Source: Phoronis australis
Taxonomy: Eukaryota > Animalia > Phoronida
Assembly: GCA_002633005.1 (NCBI GenBank)
Contig: NMRA01000358.1
Span: 404,664-468,663, forward strand
DNA: 64,000 nucleotides
Direction: 5' to 3'
Each line of letters starts with the position of its first letter. Position 1 is the first letter of the stretch. The notes under the pieces were generated by a model. That model was not told the origin of the DNA and ran no database searches. It was given only the letters and a program-made list of their open reading frames with translations. The position numbers were made by a program, and so were the translations under genes. Below are positions 37,101 through 47,002 of this stretch, one piece after another.

Positions 37101-40100
37101 GTGAACAAGCTCAGACAACGGAACGTATGGAGTTATTTGGTAAGCCGGCATTCGTCAGGCACTGTCGACGTCTGCAGGCCACAGACACGGAGATGTTTCA
37201 CAGCCTCGTACTTGCTATTTACAGCGTACATTTCATTCTTCACTACCATGAGCCACTTCTTAAGCATTTCGGACTCTCGAGCAAGTAAAAAAAACGATAT
37301 ACCCGCTTTCCTCGCAGCTGCTTAGTTCGGACAAGCGGGAACGATGCACCGCAACATAGCGGCATTCACTCTGCATATGAACCACTGACGTCGCTGGCGT
37401 CGTTTCTCACCTTCCTCTCAGGTTAACGCGACATTTCTTGGCAAGGTAAGGTCGACTCTATGCGAGGCGATGGGGATATAGACCGATTAAGACGGCAAAA
37501 AAGACTAATTAAATCGGGTGGCATTCTCCTTTAACGGTTTTCCTCGAGAAGTTCTGTATGCTCTTTGGTATCGGTCTGCAGTTTACCTATGGTTAACATG
37601 TAAGCCCGGTATCCCAAACCACGCGAACCCTTTGAGGTAAACACGTTAGGCCACCACTTCACAGTCCCGCTGTTGTGTTTTTGTCAATTTTTGACGCATG
37701 CGGAATCTCCGATTTTGTTTACGGTTTTCGTTCTGTTGAAGCAGTTATAAACAACTTCGAATATACATGGAAGGAAAAATTGCGGGCTCGAGGCGGACCC
37801 GCGAAGCTGTCCACCGGCAAGTCTGCGTGATGCCCTACTCGCGGGCACTAAATCGCAAATTGTTTCGCCTGTTATTCTTTCTAATTAGTTAATCATTCGC
37901 CAAATATCCACCGACATTCCCTATTTTTAATTTTCAATTCCTGACATTGTCACCAGGTTCAAAGCCACGCGGCAATGTTCCCCCAGACAACTTCCTAAAT
38001 CAACACATCCCGAGTTCTATTTGCAGTTCAAGCTTCTGTGACCTCATAGTTGTACTAAATGAACAGTGACAACAAGATTCGACATTTTCTTGCATACTAT
38101 CTTAGAGGAATCGCCACTCTCTTAAATTATCTGTTTCAGTTTCCGGTTAGTGTATTATGACGGGAAATGCTACTCCTTTATTTTATTGTCCAGTACAACA
38201 AAAAAAAAATAGTTTCGGCATTGAAACGCAGTTCAAATTCTTCCAATAATAAAAATCTTGATATCGTGAGTACTTTTACCAATGCTACTTCCACCCGACC
38301 ACACAACAGCCGACCATCATTAGCAGACGACGTGCTTGTCGGAAATAAAACTCGATAATTTGGCCAGCCTCCCGTTCAGTAACACTAGGACCTCGCTAAA
38401 AAGCAAGACTGCGAGATTACATGAGTCATTGCTGTGCTTTTTAAATGAGAACACGTGACTTTGACTAGGATTTAGCCAAGTCCTAGCGTAGGTCTACTAA
38501 ACGCACGCCAGGTGTGGCTAGTGAATAATGACGCAACGGCTTGTGCGAAAGAGCACAGCCTCCCGTTCAGTAACGCTAGGACCTCGCTAAAAAGCAAGAC
38601 TTCGCGAGATTACGTGAGATATTGCCATGTATTTTTAACGAGAAGACGTGACTTTGACTGATTTTAGCTAAGTCCTAGCGTAGGTCGTAGCTTTACTGAA
38701 CGCACGCCAGATTTCGTCCATTGAATATGTACGGAGTTGGCGGTCCAAGTACTATAGTCTAGGGTTAAACACACTAATCGGTCATTAAGAATATTGAAAA
38801 CCGAAACAAATATTCAACGTATAGTCGTGGATATATTATTCGGAAAACGACTTAAGTGTTAACTTACTTACCTTAAATGGAATTATAAGTACCCAACACA
38901 CTTTCCACAATCGAGTGCAGCCCTGCCAGCTCACATTTAACGCAGGTTTTCTCCAATTACTTCGACCTCCAAAACAGGTATTTACATCTCTGGTATCTCC
39001 GACCATTGTCCCGTCCTGCTCTCATTTATTGTAAGATGGCTCTTTGCCTCTAAGTTTCCTTATTTGTTAAACAAGGCCACCTATCATTTGAAATTTCAGA
39101 CTAAAACTAGAAATAAACACGACTATGTTGCCGCTTGATAGAACACTGTCGTCACTGTATAAAAGGGGCGGGGGAAGGAGAGGGAGAGAGAATCCCTTGT
39201 CATCCATTTTTCAAATATGGCGTCGTCCTTGAAACGGAGAGTTAACAATTGCCGTGTGAAATTCGATTCCGGTTCAGTGTGGCCAGTGCTATTTCCTTGT
39301 CGTACAAGAAACTGGTCATCATAGTAATTACACTGTACGACAATGGCGGTTTTCACGACGTTAGACAAGTGTGCAATGTCTTTTTGCGATCTAGGGTATT
39401 ACGTACTCGTGGTCAATTGAGAGTTTATGACACTCGGACGCTTCATATATCGGTGCGTTTTCCGCATGGCTTTCTTCCATTTACCAAATCGTAGTGAACG
39501 TAGAGAATCCCTTTATTGGTCCTATGCCGTCCGCAAGTTTCCTTGTAAGGACTGCTTTGCCAAATAATAAAGCCACTTTAAGAATTATGAACCTCGACCT
39601 TTGAGACGGCGGCACTGCTTGTTATAGACATTTTTTGGAAAAGGAAACGTCTCGGACTGGTTTGGTTTATCTTTAGTAAATTATTCTATAGGTGGTGATT
39701 TTTATTTTCAGTTCCAATAATACTTTTGCAAACACTCGTACTTTCGCAGTGACCTCCGGCTTTCCGTGCTTGTCTGTACTACTCTGCTACTTGAATGTTC
39801 ACTCAGAGTTCCAGTGCTGACACTGTTGTTGATGTAAAAATGTTATTTTCTGTGATACCTTGACTCGCACTCTCGACAAGCAGCAGCGGAATCAATAAAT
39901 GTGTCATAAACAGTACACACCACTGTTTGCTTTACGAGATGTATGCACGCTCGCCTCTTTGCAGCATGTGCTGGATGATCCTAGACAATTGCATTGTATA
40001 TCGTTTGTTCATGCCGGCAATGTTGGTTTGACATGGAAAGTGCGATATGAGGTACAGACTCATGAGGCACCGGCGAGAACACTGCCTACCGTGATATATT

Positions 40101-43100
40101 TTTGTGCGCGGCCCATTTGACAAGCAAAGGTGCTTATATTTCTTTGAACATTGTTTACAAGACAACCGGTGTAAAGATTTCTTTATTGTAAAAAAACACG
40201 TACAATAAATTGAATGATTTATTAGATTTTTTCAGAATGCTTAAACATTGGTTGGCTATGGTCAAACTTAGCCCCCATGGTGCACCGCCCATGGAAAGGA
40301 CTGAATTCTGGAATATAAGTGGGAATTAGACATGCCAAGCGCTCGCAGTATATTGTGAAATTTGACCAGTACAAAAAGATAGTGGAGAAAACATGAGAAT
40401 TCATAAATACACCTCAAAAAATCACAGCCATGCCCAAAAATGAGTTAGCGCTTTTAAAATCAGTGGCGGAGAAATTGTCACAAATACACGTGATATTGCA
40501 CAGGAGTTCAACAACTTTTTTTCAATGTTGGACTCATCAATTCTCAGCCTGTTCCTACCACTGGTATTCCTTCCTTTTATACTTTTCTGACACCAAATGG
40601 AGGTTCAAAAGCCTTTCAGTTTATTTCCTGCAACTGAACCACTCATACCAAAATCCAGTTTAGAAGCCAACTAAAATGTGGACTACGACAACATCTCGAC
40701 GTAAGTAATTATGGTGCAAACATGTACTTGCAAAATTGATTGCCACCTTAATATATCACCCTCTCTCTCTCTCCACAGGAACTTTTCGTGATGACCTATA
40801 CATTGCCAAGGTCATTCCTATATTTAAAGGAAACAACTTGGATCAAGCATTTTAGAAACTATAGATCTCATTAAAAAAATAATGGTCTATGTACACTTAC
40901 TTACATTGGCACAACATTTCGGTCAGTCATTTCTCTGGCCATCTTCAGCGATGTATGGCGGTTCGTGATGAGCACCTCTTTTTTCCTTGGCGCAACCTGG
41001 GAAATAACTCGGGGATCTTCATAGATTATCTCCCCTGCCTCTGACCTCTGTTATATTTGCACCTTCCATAGGAGAGGTAGCCAGGTGTCACTTGGCTGCG
41101 TGCTAGGCTAACTGAAGACATTGCCGTATAATATCTTCATGTACAGATTCATTGATCTTTCGTTTGCTCCAGCCTGTTTCATTGTGGAGTATCCGGGCGG
41201 TATCCCACTGGATGTTGTTTTGTCCACGTGTTCTGCCATTGCCTGCTGCGCATCAGTTCTGGTTTTCAGCAGCATGAGTGTTTTACCGACGTGGGATTCG
41301 CCACATTCACGTAGGACTTGTTTTGTGACGTTCTTCTTTTAATCATGACTGTTTTTGTTTGACTTTGGTCAGTCGTCGACCCAGTGTGGCTGTGCTTCGA
41401 TATACGGTTCTTATTTTGAAATCCTTGCATCTGAGTCCTAGCTTTTAGATTTCATGGTATGTGTATGGGGCACATATTTGTGTCGTTTTCTTCGCAAAAT
41501 GCTCACCGTTGATCCGTGCTCGTTCTTAAAACGCTGTAACACCTGAAAATGGTCGGAGAAATGACCGACCAAAACGTCGTGCCAATTTAAAGAGGTTGGA
41601 AGTTGGTGTAGAACTGATGTTAAAACGTCATTCTTAAAACGTTAAAACACATCACCACCTCAAAACAGTTTCAGGAAGTCAGCAACAAACCTATGTTCCA
41701 TTTCAGTACCATAAATATCAAAGGTGTTGGAAAAGTTTATTGACGAACAACTACTATACAATTCAGAGCTCGATTTTAGGACCTGCAGCTAGCCAATGTG
41801 ATTTCAGTTGTGCATGGCGACTAGGGAAAATCCCATATCTAAGTCACGAAGTCGCCACAGCAAGTAGCAAATTCAGACAATAATTCACCCAAAATTATCT
41901 TTAAAGTTTGTGTTGGCTTCCAATGATAAAATTGAATATTTTTTCCTAGATTCAATACCTGTGGTTCACAATTGTTCCGTTTACTTAGTGAAATTAATAC
42001 GTTTGGCACCCTGACCAGTCAGCACACTATCAAACACGTGCTCGAATTACAATGGGAAGTGAGCATACATGTTTGGTAGTCGAAATTGTTCGGCAAAAAC
42101 GGGCAAAGTCACGCGCGTCTAGTTTTTGCTGATCACCTGCCTTCTGTGAAACCAGCAAACGGTTATATAATTACGGGAGAAATGGAAGAGGTACACGTAA
42201 TAACGACGACAGCGGCATGGCCTTTTTGGTGCCTACACCTGACCTAAGTTTTGTTGATTTCAATTTTGTTTTGGCGCCTTGGGATTTTCGCCAAGTCACA
42301 TTTGGCGAGTTTGTGTTTAGCTAAGGACGGTGCACTGCAATTATTTATCGGACAACAAATAACATTCTGCTCTCAATACGATTTCAAAAAAAAAACTGAA
42401 TGGGCAATATTGGAATGTGGATCCCGGCATGATGAAATATGCTTACTGGGATGATGACCAATGTTCTGTTGCTACTTTTCTTTGCCTTTGGTTTTCAAAT
42501 CATTCCATACTTCTGTATAAATTGCGTTAACATGGTGTGAGGAATTTGGAGCTGCGTTGATTCAAAAACTAATTCGCAAATCAACACTTTACCGAATTTT
42601 GTATCCATCGCAAACAATAATCACTGACGTCCCTGAGGGTTCTATACTTATATGGCCTGCTTGAAGTTAACACAACACAATCAACAACTCTGCTCAACCT
42701 ACTTCCGACATAACTCCTTTTCTCTGAATTCTTTCATTGTTCACTAATAACTTGGATGGGACTCACTAGATACCGCAACTTTTGTAAACACCCCTCCCAT
42801 TTTAATGAGGTTACTACAGCTCTCAGCTAAGAACGTCCACATAACAGTAAGAAACACCTTAGTCGAAGGTACCTGCGTTTTTTCATTCCCAAAGTAATAA
42901 ACAATGGTATTTTCCCTACTGTAGTAAATTAAATCTCATCCGTGTCGCACATTCTCGAATGATGTTTGAAAATTTATCACATCCCTTTACAAAACAATTT
43001 GCAATACACGCAACAGCTATTATAGCTGCAGTTGAATTATGTCCACCTCGCTACTCCCTCTCATATCTGCCTTCAGATGTAAAGCTGTCATCAAAATGTG

Positions 43101-44158
43101 CTCTTGTCTGAAGACCACCTGCCAGCACATAACCATAATAACTTTATTCAGTAGAACCCAGTAACCTATATCATTTCAAGTCTTATTTAGTACTTATGTC
43201 ATTAAAACTGTGTTTTTAGCCAGATAGCCAATTCACACCGTATATCATTCTATTCTGTACCTCAATTTTAGTTCAGTTTGAAATAGTTACATTTATACTT
43301 TAGAAGGTGAATTCATGCAACCGGCTGCGTTACCTTTTGGAATCTTTGCCATATACCATAATGGATTACAATTGTATATATATTCACTATTCTTTCCTTG
43401 CTATTTGGTGAAAAGAAATATTACCACCGCTACTACTATTTAAGTGCACGCCTCCCAGCTCGATCATGTGACTATCTGAAACCGCTTTAGGGTGGTGACG
43501 TAATAATAGGAAAGTAAAATTCAGGGGCATCTGTGCTAGACACACTCTGTGTTTCAATCACCCTCGTCTGATTCAGAATTTGATTTATACACAGCAAAAA
43601 GACTGTGCGTCTTATGTCTGTGATATTGCTCTCCCAAAACCAGGGACATTTCATCGTGTTTTATTTATTTTCGTAAACATTGGTTATTATTTTCAGCTGG
43701 TATTGAACATTTTTGGAAAAGTCATATGCAAGAGCGTGTCGCAATTTCGTATTACCAAAAGAGACAAACTGCCAGAATCTATCGGATCGAAGCATGTAGA
43801 CTCGAGAGATAAATGTAGTCATTGTCGTGGGTCATCTGCTAAAGAGGAATTCGAACTTCTTCGAGAAAAAAGAAGACAACAACCCTCTCCAATCTTCCGA
43901 TGCAGAAAGAATGATCATGTTGACCTTAACAACGGCAACAGTACTTATGATGAGGACCTTGATCATCTGGACCACGTGGCAAATGGAAAATCAGCAGCCG
44001 AAATGACCATGAATTCGCGGGACCTCGAAGTGATTGCAGAGTGGAGGTGTATTGGTGCCGTTTTAGACAGGATCTTATTTATCATAGTGTTCTTCGCCAC
44101 AGCTATATATTCCTCTTATTTCTTGTTGTCTTCCACTAAAGGGAAATCGCTGGAATGA
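4089..44158 (+). CDS. Nicotinic acetylcholine receptor alpha-type subunit (Cys-loop pLGIC), 5'-partial, 7 exons
   Basis: Exons 4089-4133, 8876-8985, 25000-25196, 26455-26711, 27416-27500, 33504-33619 and 43697-44158 are joined by GT-AG introns with matching phases; total 1272 nt. Contains Cys-loop CGMDIALFPFDDQTC, loop B SWMYD, loop C YPCCPDVIYP with vicinal cysteines, GEK, and M1-M4. Confidence 0.95.
4336..4728. mobile_element. MITE
   Basis: AATAGGGCCGTCCCAGA ... CCGGGACAGCCCTATT inverted termini. Confidence 0.55.
5117..5364. repeat. Degenerate ~26-bp minisatellite (TATGAATGAATCAGTTGGGCGGCTGG)
   Basis: About 9 diverged units; the array resumes (TGAATGAATCAGTTGG) at 8682 after the inserted transposon. 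Confidence 0.8.
5365..8681 (+). mobile_element. Academ-like DNA transposon relic, copy 1
   Basis: Termini TAGGCCATAGTC / GACTATGGCCTG with TGA TSD (5362-5364, 8682-8684). Coding remnant ~7520-7915: VCKLYG..VNKARY, LPP..H.KRANYQ..PSP..GW, then Cys-rich. This fits the C-terminal XPG/Cys8 part of Academ proteins. Confidence 0.75.
6145..6406. mobile_element. MITE (CATRCGCGCACC termini) nested in Academ-like copy 1
   Basis: CATACGCGCACC ... GGTGCGCGCATG with imperfect 5-bp TSD CTTGT/CTTCT. The same insertion is in copy 2 (~14192-14449); relatives at ~19163-19350 and 23259-23463. Confidence 0.7.
8876..8985 (+). CDS. nAChR exon, 110 nt (loop A)
   Basis: tttcag|GAG...AACAG|gtgggt; EWHDEYMVWDPADFGGLRHIMIPANELWHSDTTLYN; has the conserved 110-nt size. 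Confidence 0.93.
11952..15235 (-). mobile_element. Academ-like DNA transposon relic, copy 2 (inverted relative to copy 1)
   Basis: Colinear reverse-complement match to 5365-8681 along its length. Termini TAGGGCCATAGTC / GTATGGCCTA. Remnant ORFs 12724-13097 (-) contain HAKRANYQ..PSPVANGW. Confidence 0.8.
16779..18421. mobile_element. Kolobok-like non-autonomous DNA transposon, copy 1
   Basis: TTAA|AGGAGAATGCCA ... TGGCATTCTCCT|TTAA. THAP remnant on minus (RCIVPVCPN..GISF..KW..VCGRHF); GYQFEPEY KolX-like start on plus (~17930-17990). Confidence 0.8.
20930..21015 (+). mobile_element. Short Penelope-like GIY-YIG fragment
   Basis: SAMTDHALDFNHVSNWDDARPV resembles the SA..EH....H...W....IL motif of PLE endonucleases. 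Confidence 0.45.
21999..22200 (+). pseudogene. THAP-domain remnant (transposon-derived)
   Basis: MKKSVCGGCSN..SLF..NP....KW..F.RRTR.W resembles the N-terminus of a THAP zinc finger; degenerate after that. Confidence 0.55.
23259..23463. mobile_element. MITE with perfect 5-bp TSD
   Basis: GTCTA|CATGCGCGTACC ... GGTGCACGCATG|GTCTA. Confidence 0.8.
23700..24190. repeat. Degenerate minisatellite with TCAGATCACG core
   Basis: Core recurs about every 36-53 bp (e.g. 23782, 23832, 24048, 24143, 24179); the intervening sequences are mutually related. Confidence 0.65.
25000..25196 (+). CDS. nAChR exon (loop E, Cys-loop, loop B)
   Basis: ttacag|C...AAGT|gtgagt; IGDFSMEYDNALASVNYNGTVFFSPIVKLDSICGMDIALFPFDDQTCEMRIASWMYDMSMVDVVK. 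Confidence 0.95.
25160..26320 (+). repeat. 45-bp minisatellite derived from the nAChR exon 3' end and splice donor
   Basis: Unit TGGATGTACGATATGTCTATGGTGGACGTTGTAAAGTGTGAGTTA (25160-25204) recurs in degenerate form to ~26320, interrupted by the MITE at 25338-25646. Confidence 0.85.
25338..25646. mobile_element. MITE, CAGTGGCGGATC family, 5-bp TSD
   Basis: AAATA|CAGTGGCGGATCTAGG ... CCAAATCCGCCTATG|AAATA; 5' part matches 435-540. Confidence 0.8.
26455..26711 (+). CDS. nAChR exon (loop F, loop C, M1, start of M2)
   Basis: tttcag|AC...CAG|gtaagg; SGEWDIV..YPCCPDVIYP..LRRRRVYYIVNLIVPCILLS..PPETGEKVTVQ. Confidence 0.95.
27416..27500 (+). CDS. nAChR exon (M2 and M2-M3 loop)
   Basis: ttgtag|GTG...ATTG|gtgagc; VSVMMALMVYLVLLASRLPETSDATPLIG. 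Confidence 0.92.
27989..31894 (+). pseudogene. P2X7 ballast-domain-like / KolX-like pseudogene, 2 exons (~27989-28261 and 31487-31894)
   Basis: ..ELRLDVSD-TG|gtaaga ... ttgcag|G-TGC joins to WCTCSNC, then E..*C.E, CI.EHGGF..VCIN..VL, AYRQF.KW..GHLG....VIPACAV..IR. Internal stop at 31536-31538 plus frameshifts. Confidence 0.8.
28404..30825. mobile_element. Non-autonomous TA-TSD DNA transposon (Tc1/mariner-pogo type)
   Basis: TA|CCGTAATCGTTCGGGTTAAC ... GTTAACCCGAACGATTACGG|TA; subterminal TTAACCGCCCA arrays at both ends. Confidence 0.8.
33185..33297. mobile_element. Small MITE
   Basis: GGGCTCCGTTTCATGAA ... TTTATGAAACGGAGCCC inverted termini. Confidence 0.6.
33504..33619 (+). CDS. nAChR exon (M3); not in the ORF track
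   Basis: tttcag|GA...TTG|gtaaga; (G)IYLVVVSCMITFSTIIAMFITCIHFNDGRNRAPKWIRL; phases fit both neighbouring exons. Confidence 0.9.
34022..34437. mobile_element. MITE with ~60-bp imperfect TIRs
   Basis: TGCATGGAGCAGTCCCAAATAGGGACTCAACTA..CCCTAAATCTTCTGCGTAT versus ATACGCAAAAGACTTAGGG..TAGCTGAGTTCCTATTTGGGACTGTTTCATGCA. Confidence 0.7.
35375..35791. mobile_element. TTAA-TSD MITE (Kolobok-type termini)
   Basis: TTAA|GGTTGTGTTGGACCCTC ... GAGGTCCTACACAACC|TTAA. Confidence 0.7.
35843..37530. mobile_element. Kolobok-like non-autonomous DNA transposon, copy 2
   Basis: TTAA|AGGAGCATGCCA ... TGGCATTCTCCT|TTAA; colinear direct match to 16779-18421. Minus-strand MLRCIVPACPN*..KAGISFF..KKW..LRVCG. Confidence 0.8.
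38364..38710. repeat. Two tandem ~150-bp MITE-like copies
   Basis: CAGCCTCCCGTTCAGTAAC.CTAGGACCTCGCTAAAAAGCAAGACT ... AACGCACGCCAG at ~38364-38511 and ~38556-38710. Confidence 0.75.
40740..41790 (+). mobile_element. CR1/L2-type LINE RT remnant split by a Penelope-like insertion
   Basis: GTFRDDLYIAKVIPIFKG..NYR at ~40778-40868, continuing as IS...ISKVLEKFIDEQL at ~41700-41755. Confidence 0.6.
40890..41590 (-). mobile_element. 5'-truncated Penelope-like element with inverted pLTR pieces
   Basis: Minus-strand GIY-YIG-like ECGESHVGKT..LKTR..AMAEH..IQWDTARIL..E....RKINE..W.PL. Inverted terminal segments 40903-40950 and 41541-41590 carry CTGANGA...GAAA-like cores. Confidence 0.7.
43697..44158 (+). 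CDS. nAChR terminal exon (cytoplasmic loop, M4, stop)
   Basis: tttcag|CTG; LVLNIFGKVIC...EWRCIGAVLDRILFIIVFFATAIYSSYFLL...TGA. Confidence 0.93.
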   Translation: MVLNIFGKVICKSVSQFRITKRDKLPESIGSKHVDSRDKCSHCRGSSAKEEFELLREKRRQQPSPIFRCRKNDHVDLNNGNSTYDEDLDHLDHVANGKSAAEMTMNSRDLEVIAEWRCIGAVLDRILFIIVFFATAIYSSYFLLSSTKGKSLE

Positions 44159-46440
44159 TGCCGTAGGTGTTCAAAGTGTACTTTCGGGGCTGAGCTGCAT
44201 AAAGCTTCAAAAGATATCCGCTGGATAAGTTTGATTGTTGCATGACGTCATGCGCATTGTTCAACGATAACAACGTGACGCGTGATAATGCGACGTCATT
44301 GTTGCTATACGGCGTATAACTTTTATGCAACTGGGCCCAGGACAATATGAAATATACAACTTTGACAAACTTGCCTTCGAATATCAAAGATGGAACACAC
44401 AGGCCAACTTTTCAGTGTGGGCACCAAAGGGATATCCTTTTGATCAATCTCGAGGGCGCAATAAGTAGATGCCCGAAACTGATTTGATTTCATCCACGAC
44501 TATTTCGCGGCTTTGTCACTTGTACTACAGTAAAAGAGTACACGCGTCATGGCAACAACTAATTAAACGAACTCTGTAAAATCCCACTGCTGAACGTTAC
44601 AGAAGCACTGCAGGTTGCACATAGCTTTGAAAGTGTTCGCCGATGTAATATTGATTGACGCTACATGTACGTGGGAAACGCTAATAATTCACTAGCAATA
44701 CAGCTTATTTTATGATACACAGTTTCCGCAACAATGTATCACTACGCCATATATCAGCTGTCAATTGTCATATAGTGTTTGATTATACTTTATTTCTGTT
44801 TCTGTTGACGAAGGATGTTATTATATCCGAAAATTTCAGTGATCCATTTTGTTGTTTTATTTACGTATACTTATTATACCTTTCGACACACAAGTGTATC
44901 CTTTAAAGGATCTGAATCGCCTCTTTTAATTTCGGATTTATTTTCTACGTTATTTATCATAAAAGGTTTTTGTTATGCTTGACCTTCATGTACAAGTACT
45001 TGCTTGGATGGCACTAACTGAGGCTGTGATGGCGCTAGTTGTTCGTGTACCCTTGCCAATGACTGAAATGAACTAAATGCTCTACTTTGAGTTTTGATAG
45101 GCTGTTAAATGGAATACTAACGAGCGTGTAGCAATTACAATGTGTTGGTGGATATGATTACTGCGCTATTTAACCGTTATTTGTAGAGTTTATTTGAAGT
45201 TTCAGTTGGTGTGTGTGTGTTAAACCTGAGACATCACCAGAAAAATTACGTAAAATTATTCTATAGTTCTTGCACGAAAACCATCAGTACGGGTGGTAGT
45301 TTTATGTTATATTGCTTGTGAGCATGCGTCTTTAGACAATGTGCTGGTCGAACTTATAAGATCTGAAGAGGCCTGAAACGCAAAAGACAGACTAAAGTGC
45401 ATTATTCAGAGTGGTTCTCTGCCACTGAAAGAGAATTCAACCTGCTTACTAGGTATTTTCACTATTAGCTCGTAAGGACATAGACGTTAAAAATCTTCCT
45501 GATTACGGAAAATGTGACCTTCGGCGTAAACAAAACAATGGCAACAAGCAGCAGGCAGTCCGATTAAGAGGCAATTGGTGTTTAAAATTAATTATAAAGG
45601 TATGGTAGTAAATGAAATATATTCTAACTTGGAATGATTTTTGGAAAATTGCTTGCTTCATTGGCATACCTCACCTCAAATTCGGAGTGCAATCAGAAAT
45701 GGTTTGAGTGTATTTTCCGTTAACATCCACCCTGTCAGTCAGCTGTTTGTCGAATGATTACGATCCCATGGCCGCATTTGTCTAACTAGGAGGGAGACTA
45801 CAAGCTCTGTGGTTACTACAAAATTTTTCCTTCGCGCGTATTCCAGAAATGGTAAATTTTGTGATTTTTTCTGGAAATTTCCTCGCATGGGAAAGTGAGT
45901 GACTGTACTAGACATTGGGAGATGGCACTCAGTTCGTCAGGAATAATTTAAAAGATACTTTTGTCGAGCTTTTACGTTTCATGCCTCTTTAAACCGAGTA
46001 CAAGTTGTAGTTTAATTGTTTGTGGGCCAATTTTGATGCTTCAAACACGAATTTTGAATGTTTTGTTTATGATAAAGGCAAATGCACTCAACATCAATAC
46101 GAAAATGGGTATAACAAGTGTACCAGTTTAGTCATACAAAAGTTGATTTGTACCACGAACCAAACAAACACAAAGCGGAATTCTGCGCTTATTGTGATGC
46201 TGTCTCCACTTTTGTGACAGAAAACAGGTTAAAGTTTAAATGAGGGCGTAATAAAAAAACCAGTACGGTTACGTTGTTTTATAATTCGTCTCATAATTCG
46301 CATTAATTTGGATCGCCACTTTACGATGTCAAATCGCCTATCCTACTGAAATTTGCACTGCAAACAACAGGTTCGTTTGAATCTTAGGGTCAATGTCTTG
46401 TAAAGGTCTTCCGTTTACGTCGACGCTTCGGTGTTTAGTG

Positions 46441-47002
46441 CTCGCTGGTTCCCTGCGTGCTTAGCCCAGCCAGCACGCCGGTATCACCTAGTGGCACGTG
46501 CTTTAGCATTGGTCGATGTAATCTTGGCAGTCATTGGTTAGCTTTACAACACCGTGAAAAAATGGCGGACTGTGAACGATTTTTAGCCTTCGTTTCTGAA
46601 GTGATGTTTAATAGCCGCGTGCTTGAAGCACATACATGCACAATAAACATATTATGTGGCCGATTTAACCGGTGTGTTATTCATACTGTATAAGGACACT
46701 ATCGTAAACAAAAGTCAACGACAGTAGAAAGATGTATTCCGAAAAGGCTCAATATTACAATTTCTAGGCTTCACATTTCCTGAACATAATTTTAAGCACC
46801 GATTTGCCTGTACAACAGACCACATTTACACTTCAGTCCATCAGTCATGCCAGTTTGTTTGCACAAAGCGCTGCCTAGTGTTGAGAATTCGACTAGCCAA
46901 TCAGAAACGCCGGTGTAAAAAAATTTACAGACTAAATTTAAGTGATACCTGCGTGCTGGCGCGGCTACCGCCCCATCTAGCGGCACGCAGGGAACCAGCG
47001 AG
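46441..47002. mobile_element. MULE-type MITE with 9-bp TSD
   Basis: TGTTTAGTG|CTCGCTGGTTCCCTGCGTGC ... GCACGCAGGGAACCAGCGAG|TGTTTAGTG; a related end lies at ~9260-9293. Confidence 0.85.

Noticed and set aside
39661-39760. Candidate M3 exon after strong-looking acceptors
   Set aside because: Both acceptors lead to stops in the required phase; 33504-33619 fits instead.
42660-43260. Possible LINE endonuclease remnant on minus (and a possible CR1 ORF1 remnant at ~21150-21420)
   Set aside because: Only faint motif resemblance; cannot be supported without a profile search.
43580-43696. N-terminal part of the 192-aa ORF as coding
   Set aside because: It lies upstream of the tttcag acceptor at 43696 and is intronic read-through.
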